The notes below the pieces were generated by a model. That model made no database searches. It had not been told where the DNA came from and saw only the letters and a list, made by a program, of their open reading frames with translations. 64,000 nt of DNA from Callorhinchus milii. Its lineage: Eukaryota. The translations under genes and the position numbers were made by a program. The number at the start of each line of letters is the position of its first letter. The stretch's first letter is position 1. Where the stretch lies: NCBI RefSeq assembly GCF_018977255.1, contig NW_024704742.1, positions 62,808,001-62,872,000 on the forward strand. Direction: 5' to 3'. Positions 26,079 to 37,330 of this stretch are shown here, piece after piece.

Positions 26079-27223
26079 TATTCAAATGCAATTATTATTA
26101 TCATACTACCAAAAACATGTATACTGATTTCTGTTAAAATATGAGTCTCTTTACGACTGTACACCATAGTGCGAACATTTACTGTATCGGAACATACCTA
26201 TGAATACACACTATTCCTTATTTATGATGTTTTAGTGCACATTCAAGTTGTTCTATTTTGCTAGTAGAGCTCAGAGCAGAATGATGTGAATGGCTACATT
26301 AGCTGATGGGAGTTAAATGGCAACAATCACCCCTCCATGATGAACACTTAAAATTTTCTTGAAACATCTTACAAATAAATCCTTTGCAACCCATGCCATG
26401 TGGGACACATGGAGCTCAACATTGCTTTAGTTTGGTTGATTTCTGCTGGTTGCAAATGGCTTGGTAGCTTCACGAATTACACTTCCTCCAAGTTGATACA
26501 CTACTACGCTGATGTCTATGTGTGACTAAAAGAATGATAAAAGACTGTGTACAGCACTAGAGTTAATGGCTCACTAACATTTTAGAAAGAACCACATATC
26601 ATGCAGCTAAATACACTTAGGTCTTTCATAACATTTTCAGATTCCTACCCATAATTTGCATTAATGGTGTAATAATGTCACTACAATAATCATGGCACAA
26701 AATTATAGGAAATGTTATTGATGTATTTATTCTGAAATATTTCAGCTGTTAACCCTGCAATTTTTTTCAGAGATTTAATTAGAAACCCAAAATTGATCAA
26801 TTTAATGGAAATAGAGCAACGTGCATGCTAGCGTATATGAGCTCACAGTATCTCTTTTCTTTGGTTAGCCGAATGTCTGACACATACAGAAACTCTCACC
26901 GTGCTTAAGAGTATCCAAACCAGACTCAAGAGCTCTACATGTAACATTTCAGAAAGTATAATTTTAATAAAGCATTACTTTCTGGAAAGATGAAAATGTA
27001 TTCTTGTAAAAATCAATGGCCAACATGGGACCCACAACCCTATGACTCAGAAATGAGAGTGCAACCAACTGAGCAAGACTAACGGCTGTAGTATAGTACT
27101 AAGGGACATAGGAAAATAGAAAGAGGCCATTTGGCCCACCGAGGCTGGTCCACCAGTTTCTTAAATCTCGGCATATCTTTTAATCCTGTATCGTAACCAT
27201 TTGTCATACTCCTTAATACATCC

Positions 27224-27848
27224 TTTGTTTTTACTCAGCCAGGTGTGTGACACATGTGGAAACCCATCCCCATACTTAAGCGTATCCAAACTAAACTAAG
27301 AATTCCATGCATCCTGCATCCCACCTACACATGGAAATCCCAGAAATGGATTGTTGGAATGGAATGTGTGCACTCTCCCTGGAGGGAAGCATCCTGATTA
27401 TTAATTTTGGAAAATTTCAGGTGCAGGTTGGCAAAACCCAAGTCTTGGGCATCCCAGAGTGTATGTTGGGGTACTGCTGGAGTCTAACCAGCTAAAACCA
27501 CATAGCTTGCCATTGATATTGCTGTTTGACAAGCTTTCCTGCTGCTTGTCCAGCTAGAACCGCCCTACCCACCAGGGCTTTGGCTTGTAGGGTTAACAGG
27601 AGCTGAATGGAGTGACTTCCTGCCCCTCGTGAATGCTCTACCCTTACAAATCTTGCTGATGAGCTAGGCTGCCTGTGCTGTCATCTGCAGTGCGTTGGAA
27701 TACTGCGGATCCGCCTGACTCAGGAACCAGACGACTGAGACCCCTACAGAGGGCTCGCTCGATGCCAACATTCAGTTGCCAAACATCTCACCTTGGAACC
27801 AGTTCAGCTCCAATGAGATCCTGCTTACCTCCTAAGGACGATAGTCCG
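27224..27848 (-). mobile_element. Family X, apparently full-length copy
   Basis: Collinear with 62150-62712 in reverse. Short 3' copies at 5670-5772, 17430-17503, 26853-26941, 37512-37606, 41810-41840, 58800-58908. Confidence 0.8.
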
Positions 27849-30846
27849 TAGTTGATCTTTTGACATTCGACAAGTGAGAGTTTGATTCCTCACTAGCTGG
27901 ATGGTAGTTACCAGTAACTCCCTGCGAGCTTCCCAGTGGGCAATACATCTCACCATGAAACGTGTGAGAGCATTGCAACTGTCTTCCTGTCAGCAGTAGC
28001 ACATCGAACTTAGTACCAAAGTATTTATCTACCTCTCTTTTAAATATATCTATTGATTCTACCTCTACAACTTTCAGGAGCAGAGTGTTTCACAGCTTCA
28101 AAACCCTCTGTGTGAAGAAATGCATCCTGACCTCAGCTCTAATTGTCTTACCTCTCTCTGTATGTAAGGCTAAATGCCACCTCGTAATGAATATTTTAAA
28201 AATATACCCTTGGAACTAAACATGTATACTTAGCTATATTAGAAAAGTCAAATAAAGAGAACTGAGCTTTAAAGCTTGTGACACTATGTTGTATTCCAAG
28301 GACTGCTACTAAGTGCACAAATTTGTACTGCCGAGAAGATGGGCGTTATTGCGTTGGTCCTCTTTGAGCCAGATTTACTTTTAATTTCACATATTTGTTC
28401 CCAGGCTGACTCCAATCCCAGTTGCAGCACCTTCGCTGCTCTGTCAGTCCAGGTTGACAAATGTCTCTCATCTCTATTACTATTATGCAAGTACTCAGTG
28501 CCCAAAATCTTAAATTTTAAAATAATGCAAATTTGGGGGAAAATTCTTGATTTCAGTTAAATTTGTAAGACATTTCTTCTGGAAATCTTTTGAAGACCTG
28601 CGGAAGAACAGCCTTCTGAATTAAGGTGATTAACGAATTTTCCAAAATTCCACACAATCTTACATTTTAAAAAATGAACTGAAGGCTGAATCACAAGTTA
28701 GCTTGTGCTGTACCAGGAACTGATCAAACCTTTACAGTCTGGTGGTGTATCAAGTTCTAGTTATCCTCATTTCTGGATATCCAGGGATATCTGTGTCCAC
28801 TGCTCATACACCAGGCTCAAAATTCAAACCATATACTGATTTGAATTCACAGTATCAAAATGTTGATCCTTCTAGGATGGAGCCAGAATATATGGGAATG
28901 CTCATCACTAGTTTCACACCATATCATTGATTACTGTACCATTCAGTGTTTTACTTGGGGAGTTATAACACTACTTACAGCAGTCTGGAGCACACAGAAG
29001 AAACTACCCTCACAGTTTTACAGAGTTTTTCTCCTATATGTTATTATGCCAACGATCCATCCCTATTTCCACCTTGTGTATGTTGGCTTCAGAAGCAGAT
29101 GACATGGGATAAGTGCAGTTGCATTCCAGTTCACACTAAGCAGAATTTGTAGCCAAAGTAATCTCGTTCCAACCTTAAAATCAGTAGCGCATCCGTGTGA
29201 GTCAGTAAATGATGCAATGAAAGTAAATGTAATGAAGTCCTTATATTAAATGAAAACTCGCCAATTTTTTGGGGGAAAAAATAATCCCTTGCAATTCTCA
29301 ATTGTTAACCAATGCAGGTCAGAGTTGAATTCTAGTGAGTAAGTATTGGTGTTCGGCATAAAACATCGTAGGGAGTACGGTAACTGGCAGTTTTACTCTA
29401 ACCATTTTTCTACAAACCTGAAGAACATAAGTCACGAACTGAAAGATTATCCTCTGATCGATGGACACACCAATCAATACTGCTTCACAATTGCCCCAGA
29501 AATTGGAAGGCAGTTTCAACAGTTAAAACTGGAGCAGAGTAACACAATTTCTATCACTTATTAATAAAATAAGTATAGTCTAACCAGTTTCAAAATCAGG
29601 TTATGCAGTTTTTAGTCTTTCGTTTTCAGTTTCACAGTTAATACTACCAGAGTAATTGTTTTAAAATATAGAGGTATAGAGGGGCAAAGTTGTTGCATCC
29701 GTTCAATAGTAATAATCAAGAGCTATTCTGCTACACAACCAACTCTGACTCAGAGGTAAAGCATTTGTAATTTGAGTTATTCTTTAAATAACATTCAAAA
29801 CCACAGAATTTTTCAAATGTATCTTCAATATAAATTACAGTGTATTATTACAAAGAAAATTCTCCTGTTCAGAATCAGAACTTTTTTAAACGATGTAACT
29901 TGTCATTGTATAAAAAAAAACCAATGAGACAGATTAATTGGCAGGTTCAGCAAGTCAGGTCAGGCTTGACTACATTTTACACAATACCGCTTTTGTATTA
30001 ACAATTTCCTTTCATTTGTAACCATCATCGCAGGCAATGCAGGCATAGAGGTTTTGTTCTCTTCAACTCTGGCTGTGAATTATGTGTCAATCTTTCCACA
30101 CTCAAGAGTAACCTGAATTGGTGTAATACCAGAAATATCACACACACAGACAGCAGAACACTTAAAAAACTTTAACAGAGAGGATAAGATCTGCCCTCAG
30201 ACACAAACATATAAAAAAAATCATATCAATGATCCCTTACAAAAGAAAGTACGTGGCAATAAATTATGAACTTAAAAGACAAAAGACAAATAAACAGTAA
30301 AATGCCAGAATGGCACAAGTGAAACTAACATCTGCTAGAAAATGTCTCAATGCTTCTGGTGAATCCCTTCATAAGAATTGTAACAGTGAACTGGAGAATT
30401 GCTTTTTTATAGAAAAGAGTAGAATCATTTTAAACAAGAAGTTACATTTGCATTTCAAAATCTGTCTGCTCTTACTTTCCTCCTTCCCACAAGGAGCCCC
30501 TTTTTCCCTCCCAAACCAACTTTTGCAAGTCAGATCAACAGTAACACGGCAGAAACAATAACCTACTCGTGTCCACAGATATCCATTATCTATAGCTGTG
30601 TTTCTTTGATTCAGATCTTCAGATTCAGAAGCTGCGGTTCTTCTGAGTATCTCTACATTATGCTCAACTGCTTATGTTGAGCTCTGCTCGACAAGGAGTG
30701 AGGGGAAACAGAATGAAACTAAGAAGGAAAAGTCTTTCTCCGTGAGTTGGTTGCTCTGATTTCCATCCTGTGGAAGTCAAAGTGATCCTACCTGGTGATA
30801 ATACCCACTCCAGCAACCCCTCCATCGCTCGCTCTGTGTGGTTTAC

Positions 30847-30981
30847 CTGATCTCCTGACTCCAATGATTTTTCCAAGTGCTTCTCCTTGTAAAGGGACCA
30901 CAGACCAACATTTGGAAGGAAAACCAGCGCCACGATAAACAGTCCGATCATCTGCAGAAACCTCTTCTGCTTTCGCTTCAT
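30847..30981 (-). CDS. GALNTL6: First coding exon of polypeptide N-acetylgalactosaminyltransferase-like 6 (cytoplasmic tail, signal anchor, start of stem)
   Basis: Translates as [45 protein letters not shown], closely matching the vertebrate GALNTL6 N-terminus as I recall it ([36 protein letters not shown]...). ATG at 30981 with G at -3. Phase-0 donor CAG|GTAAAC after 30847. No downstream exon recognised in the window. Confidence 0.93.
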
Positions 30982-31188
30982 CCCGGATTGGCAACTTTTC
31001 CTCAGCAATTCGGCCACTTCCAAATTACCTTCTGGTGCTACTTTGAGCAAAGCCTTTTACTCTCTTCTGACAGCACCGGACAGGGAGACAGAGACACGGA
31101 GAGAGGGAGGACAGGGAGCTCCAGCACCGCTGCTGAGAACAGTAACTGCCAGTAAAGAGGAAAACCAGGGTGTCCTTGCGCCTGCGAC
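30982..31188 (-). other. GALNTL6: 5' UTR part of the GALNTL6 first coding exon
   Basis: Two candidate acceptors on the minus strand: TTGTTTCTTGTGGCAG| (exon starts 31188) and GTTTTCCTCTTTACTGGCAG| (exon starts 31145). No in-frame upstream ATG; the ORF-track start at 31050 is TTG. Confidence 0.6.
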
Positions 31189-31372
31189 CTGCCACAAGAA
31201 ACAACAACAAGTTTGGATTAATGTGCATTTCTTCAATTCTGGAACTGAAATATACAGAGAGAATTTTGAGCATTGGGTGCAAAACCTTTGGCACAGAATG
31301 AAATAAGACATCTGCGGGACTGGTTATTTTGCAAAACTTTTGTTTCTAGAACACACGTTATGTATGTGCGCG

Positions 31373-31398
31373 CGTGTGTGTGTGTGTGTGTGTGTGTA
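31373..31398. repeat. (TG)n microsatellite in intron 1
   Basis: Direct reading. Confidence 0.9.
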
Positions 31399-31627
31399 TA
31401 TGTATTGTATGTCAAACTGAAGTGTAAACTCGCAGCTATCTCGCTCTGCTTTGCGCTCACTTTCACCCCCCACCCCTCCCCCACCCCCACCCCCACCCCC
31501 ACCCCCCACCCCGGGCAGAGATGTGGGTGAGAGTGTGGTTTGAATGCCACAGAACAAAAGGGGGGGCAGAGCCATCCGAGAGTCGCTGTGTTTGGTCTCC
31601 CCGCCGCTCCCCCTCAGCCTCACTTAC

Positions 31628-31888
31628 CTCTCTCTAGGACGGCAACACTGGCACAGACACAGGCACCGCCTGCAAACACCTAACTCTCCATTCATTCAAC
31701 TGAGCAGAGAGAGGGGGAGAGGGAGAGGGAGAGGGAGAGACCCCGACCACTGGCCACTTCCAACAGCCGCTGCCTCTCTCCACAGCTGCCCACGTCTGGT
31801 GTTCCTGCCACTCACTCCCCCCCTCCCTCCCTCCCTCCACAGCTAATCTCTAATTCCTTATCCCAAAGGCATTCTTTAAAATAAAAGC

Positions 31889-31919
<31 letters not shown>

Positions 31920-32160
31920 AATGTACATATAATATTATATATGCATCAAACAGGAGAGAGACAGAGAGAGACAGAGAGAGACAGAGAAATAAAATCCCTA
32001 CGGATTCAAACAAAGATCAGCCCATCAGTGAGAGGAGAGAGAGAGAGAGAGAGAAAGAATAAGAGCAAATCATCTCCACTCCAAACCGATTGCCTTCAGA
32101 AAAAGAACACGGACACGAGGCGGCGGCTTCATTCAACCACATCCTCTGCTCTGTCTGTCT
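31628..32160 (-). other. GALNTL6: Probable non-coding exon 1 of GALNTL6 (5' boundary inferred from the TATA box)
   Basis: Consensus donor GAG|GTAAGTG (plus strand cacttacctc, 31621-31630) in a CpG/GC-enriched region about 450 nt upstream of the acceptors. TSS estimated about 30 nt downstream of the TATA box. Confidence 0.55.
31889..32053. repeat. (TA)n and (GA)n microsatellites within putative exon 1
   Basis: Direct reading. Confidence 0.85.
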
Positions 32161-32184
32161 GTCTGTCTGTCTGTCCCTCTGGGG

Positions 32185-32326
32185 TTTATATAGACTGTAA
32201 TATCCCAATCTCTGCTGCCTGTTAACACGTGGACTCGCTCCCCGCCACAGCCAGGACTGACCGGGACACACACCTGAACACTGTGTGTGAGCAGAGCGGT
32301 GCAGAGGCCATCTGCCATCTGCCATC
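32185..32326 (-). promoter_or_regulatory. Candidate GALNTL6 core/proximal promoter
   Basis: Minus-strand TATATAAA 32185-32192, CCAAT 32205-32209, palindromic E-box CACGTG 32226-32231, GC box CCCCGCC 32240-32246, and three tandem GCCATC(T) motifs at ~32307-32326. Confidence 0.55.
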
Positions 32327-32332
32327 CCTCTC

Positions 32333-34001
32333 TCTCTCCTCACCCCCACACACTCTCCTCACCCCCCCCACCACACACACTCTCCTCACCCCCCCACACA
32401 CACACCCACACACTCTCTGTGTCTCACCCCCCCCCCACACACACACACTCCTCACCCCCCCCCCCACACACACCCACACACTCTCCTCACCCCCCCACAC
32501 ACACCCACACACCCACACACTCTCCTCACCCCCCCCACACACACCACACACCCACACACTCTCCTCACCCCCCCACACACACACACCCACACACTCTCCT
32601 CCCCCCCCCCCACACACACCCACACACTCTCCTCACCCCCACACACTCTCCTCACCCCCCCCCCACACACACACCACTCTCCTCACCCCCCCACCCACAC
32701 ACACTCTCCTCACCCCCCCACCACACACACTCTCCTCACCCCCCCCCCACACACACACCCACCTCACCCCCCACACCCACACACACTCTCCTCACCCCCC
32801 CCACCACACACACCCCCACACACTCTCCTCACCCCCCCCCCACACACACACCCACACACAGTCTCTCCTCACCCCCCCCCACACACACTATCCTCACCCC
32901 CCCACACACACCCACCTCACCCCCCACACACACACACACCCACACACTCCTCACCCCCCCCCACACACCCACACGCACTCTCCCCTCACCCCCATACACC
33001 CCCACACACTCTCCCCTCACCCGCATACACCCCCACACACTCTCCTCACACCCACACACCCACACACTCTCCTCACCCCCACACACACTCTCCTCACCCC
33101 CACACACTCTCTCCTCACCCCCACACACTCTCCTCACCCCCACACACTCTCTCCTCACCCCCACACACTCTCCTCACCCCCACACACTCTCTCCTCACCA
33201 CACCCCCACACACAGTCTCTCCTCACCCCCCACACAGTCTCCTCACCACACCCCCACACACAGTCTCTCCTCACCCCCCACACACTCTCCTCACCCCCAC
33301 ACACTTTCCTCACCCCCACACACTCATCACCCCACACACACTCTCCTCACCCCCCACACACTCTCCTCACCTCCACACACACTCTCCTCACCTCCACACA
33401 CACTCTCCTCACCCCCCACACACTCTCCACACCCCCCACACACTCTCCTCACCTCCACACACACTCTCCTCACCCCCCACACACTCTCCTCACCCCCCAC
33501 ACACTCTCCTCACCCCCACACACTCTCCTCACACCCCACACACTCTCCTCACACCCCACACACTCTCCTCACCTCCACACACACTCTCCTCACCTCCACA
33601 CACACTCCTCACCCCCCACACACTCTCCTCACAACCCACACACTCTCCTCACACCCCACACACTCTCCTCACCTCCACACACACTCTCCTCACCCCCCAA
33701 ACACTCTCCTCACACCCCACACACTCTCCTCACCACACCCCCACACACTCTCCTCACCCCCCACACACTCTCCTCACACCCCACACACTCTCCTCACCTC
33801 CACACACACTCTCCTCACACCCCACACACTCTCCTCACCACCACCCCCACACACTCTCCTCACACCCCACACACTCTCCTCACACCCCACACACTCTCCT
33901 CACCCCCACACACTCTCCTCACACCCCACACACTCTCCTCACCCCTTCCCCCACCACACACTCTTCTCTCCTCAACCCACACACAAACACACTCTCTCCT
34001 C
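32333..34001. repeat. Minisatellite/VNTR, unit ~19-23 bp (CTCTCCTCACCCCCACACACA-like)
   Basis: Direct tandem repeats over ~1.67 kb with almost no G on the plus strand. It accounts for the 628-aa and 574-aa H/P/T/S/L ORFs. Confidence 0.95.
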
Positions 34002-34156
34002 AACTTGGTAGATGGCAATCAGAAGAAGGACAATGGGGTGGTGATGGCGGTGGGGGTGGGTTTGGGGAGAAACAGGGCCCCCCCCACCACCACAAACTAC
34101 TTTATACAAATTTAACCCATTGAGAAGTGATTCCCATCGGTCTGTCCTATCTATCT

Positions 34157-34405
34157 CCTGGTTGTTAGTCAATTGGTGGATCCGTTTTCCGGGGGCAATA
34201 TTTTCTTAAAAAATAAAAATAATAAATTGGTCATTTTCAATCCACGACTGTTTGTGAGACAGTGCTGTGCGCAATTGGCTGCCGCGTTTCGCCCACAAAT
34301 ATACGGTCAATTCACTTTACAGTCTATTCTGTGAAGCGCTTTGAGATGTCCAGAAGGCATGAAAAGCGCTATAATAAATGCAAGGATTATGATTATCATT
34401 ATTAT
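34157..34405 (+). mobile_element. 5'-truncated tRNA-SINE (long form)
   Basis: gttgttagtcaattgg central segment plus 3' half and tail. Confidence 0.85.
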
Positions 34406-34429
34406 ATTCTGCAAAGCTCTTTGAGGCTA

Positions 34430-34491
<62 letters not shown>
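34430..34491. repeat. (CTGT)n tetranucleotide microsatellite
   Basis: About 15 perfect units. Confidence 0.95.
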
Positions 34492-34492
<1 letters not shown>

Positions 34493-35802
34493 TCTCTCCT
34501 CCCACTCCTCCTCTCCCTCCCTGGGGAGTGGAGGGAGTTTGCATGTTTCCAGTGGAGATGCAAGTACCACACACACACACACACACCACTCACACGCACA
34601 CCGAGCAACAAGAAGGGACTGGCGCGGGCACCACAGACCTGTTTTTTTAATTAAATTTAATTTTGCTCATCAATAAAAAAAACATACACACGCAAGAAGC
34701 AGCCAGCAACAAATAGGAGAGTGCGATCTAATGGCACAAGCAGAGAGAGTGAACGTACCAGGGTGTGTGTGTGTGTGTGTGTTTAAGCGATGCGGGTGGT
34801 CTCTCTCTCTCTCTCCGGATTGAATTTGTGGGACCAGCGATGTTGCTGTGCATTTATTGCAAACAACGGGGTTGTTCATTGAAGGCAAACAAACCTAAAA
34901 ATGCAATGCTAAGAATTGCTTTTTTTTTCTTTCGGTGTAGAGAGAGAGAGTGCAGAGAGAGAGAGAGAGAGAGAGAAAAAAGGTGGTGCTCTTTGGAATC
35001 GTCGCCTGAGACGCTTTTGACATATGTGATGGTTTTGCAAGTCTGCGTCTCACTCCCAACCTCCAAACCTCCTGCCTTTAAGTCTCCACCGACCACTTCG
35101 CTTTGCAAAGCTCTCAACTCGCCCGTCCATCCATCCGCCTGTCCGACACCCTTTGCATTTTGTTTGCAGCTCGGTCCGTTCGGTTAGACCAGACACACAC
35201 CTTCCCCCTCTGCTCATGGCTTCACTGCTGTTTCACTGCTATTTTAAATGCTGTCTCTCTCTCACTCTCTCTCTCTCTCTGTGGGTTCGTCAATAAAAAT
35301 GCATCGCACTCGTGTGTGTCAAATACGATCGGAGATGAGAAATGCAGAGCAAAAGCGTGAGCCCCCACAAGGTTTCGAAAAGTCACGTTTTAACGTCACT
35401 TTCTAGGGGAGAAAAATGGATGGATCGGTGGGTTATATTCTGCAAAGCCTCTATGAAGTGGGTGCTCTGTGCATGCCCTGTGTCCACGCAGAATCCACAC
35501 TGTAGACTGCATTTGCTGCAGTAACGTGTCCTGCTCCACGATGGAGCCAAACACACACAATTAATTCCAAAGCTGCCTCTCGGTTTTGTGTGTGTCTGTG
35601 TCTATCATTGACCCAAAGATGCACATCAACTGTTGTTTCAAACAATGGATCAGTCAATTGCATTTGACTGCACCCTTATTCCATTACAAAAACAACAACA
35701 GGTTGTGTGCAAATAAAGTCAACTGAAGAATAAATAAACAAGAATTGATTCTCCCAAATTCAGTTAAATGCTTTGAAAAAATCAAGTTAGCCTCAAGGCA
35801 AT

Positions 35803-36155
35803 AGAGTCCGCTTAGCATTGCAGTTAGAACTCTCGCCTCACAAGCGAGAGCATCGGGGTTCGATTCCCAGGTGGGGCAAATCTTTAGGCAAGTTACTTCA
35901 CTCCACATGCCTCTATGTACTTAGCAGAAAGTAAGATAGTCGATCACTGGATTGTTTTCTGGGATTAATAATCCCTCCAAAAAAAAACATTCCCTCACTC
36001 AATCCACAACTGTTTGTGGGACACTGCTTGCACAATTGGCGGCTGTGTTTCACCCACAAAATACACATTCAATTCACTTTACAATATATTCTGTGAAGCT
36101 ATTTGAGAAGTCGCAACAACATGATAAAGTGTTATATCAAAGATCATTATTATTA
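35803..36155 (+). mobile_element. tRNA-SINE (long form), diverged
   Basis: B box GGGTTCGATTCCC, CORE-like segment, tail. Confidence 0.8.
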
Positions 36156-36659
36156 TAGTTATGCTTGTATGTTTAGAACCAAAAGCTCACCCTATCTATT
36201 ATTATTATATATTGCTGGGAATTCAGTAGAGAATAAGTGATGGCCAATCCCAGTGATTTACATATAATCTTTGACCCCAAAAGCCTTTTGCATCAGGAAA
36301 GGGAACACAATCTCATCTTTTCCTATTATTTAATACTTGTGGAATATAATTTAGAGCTTAGTTTATACTGCCGGAAGCAAAGTGATGTTGCTTCCAATGG
36401 AGCGAAATGGAGCAGGAAGCCTGATTTGACACTTTCAGTACTCACATAAAACCCCCCACAAATTTCAGAGTTCTCCACATGTGCACAAAGATACTATCAG
36501 TGTTTTAATAATAATACGCGCTATTCAATTTGGGAGGGTGTCTCAAAGTGCATCACAGGATTTATTGTACAGTATTGTTTGTGACTGTGCATTTTGTAGG
36601 TGACTGCAGCATTCAATGTGCACATTGCAATGTCCCTCAAACAGCCAAGAAATAACCAG

Positions 36660-37330
36660 CTCTCAAACCTCACATCCGTGCTCTCACTTATCCAGCTTTC
36701 CCTCACCTCCACAATATTGTATGCCTCTATCACTACCACTCCTCCGAGCCACCAAGCAGCTCCTCTAGGCTTTTCTTACACCCAGGTTCTATTATGCAAA
36801 GTTCTGCTTGCTGGAAGCCCGCACAGGCTGTACGCTATCCAGAACTTTGCAGCTCATGACCTTTCTTGTACCAGTCTCCATGAGCCTATCACCCCCATCC
36901 ATTGGCTTCCAATCTTCCAGCAGATTGAGTTCAAGATCTTCGTTCTCCCATGTTCTCGTCCCACCCTACAATAATAAATTGCATTTATAAAGAGCCGTTC
37001 ATCGGGAGGACATCGCAAGACGCCAAGACACTTACCTACCTCTGCAGCCTCCTTCATTCTTACCAACCTGGCCATTCCCTTCGCTCAACTGCCACTGGCC
37101 TGCTCAGTGTCCCCGTTCTATCCTTCCCACCATCATTGGGCAAACATTCAGCCACTTAGCGCTTACTCTCTGAAACTTCTTTCCCAGGTACCTTTGACTT
37201 GCTCAATCCTGACTTTCAAGGCACATCATGAAAACCCTTAGCACCCACACTTAGATCTGGTGTCCAGCCAGAATTGTCAAGTGTTTGTGACATCCTCCCA
37301 ACCTGAACAGTGCTGTAAAAGTGTATTGAT
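36660..37330 (+). mobile_element. Degraded L2 3' region
   Basis: LYAIQNFAA...IHWLPIFQQIEFKI and HSLRS motifs. Confidence 0.75.

Noticed and set aside
1..30846. Further GALNTL6 coding exons (for example the RKDWHD-containing exon)
   Set aside because: No matching translation found by eye or in the ORF track. The next exon probably lies outside the window, although a short exon could have been missed.
30664..31050. 128-aa ORF as a complete single-exon protein
   Set aside because: The start is TTG and GALNTL6 similarity covers only 30981-30847, ending at a GT donor. The remainder is read-through into the intron.
32333..34001. CRISPR-like array or other prokaryotic system
   Set aside because: There are no unique spacers, cas genes or operon structure; the context is vertebrate intron and intergenic DNA.
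32229..34115. 628-aa and 574-aa His/Pro/Thr-rich ORFs and their antisense Gly/Val/Cys ORFs
   Set aside because: They result from the minisatellite lacking stop codons; several frames are open simultaneously and there is no domain signature.
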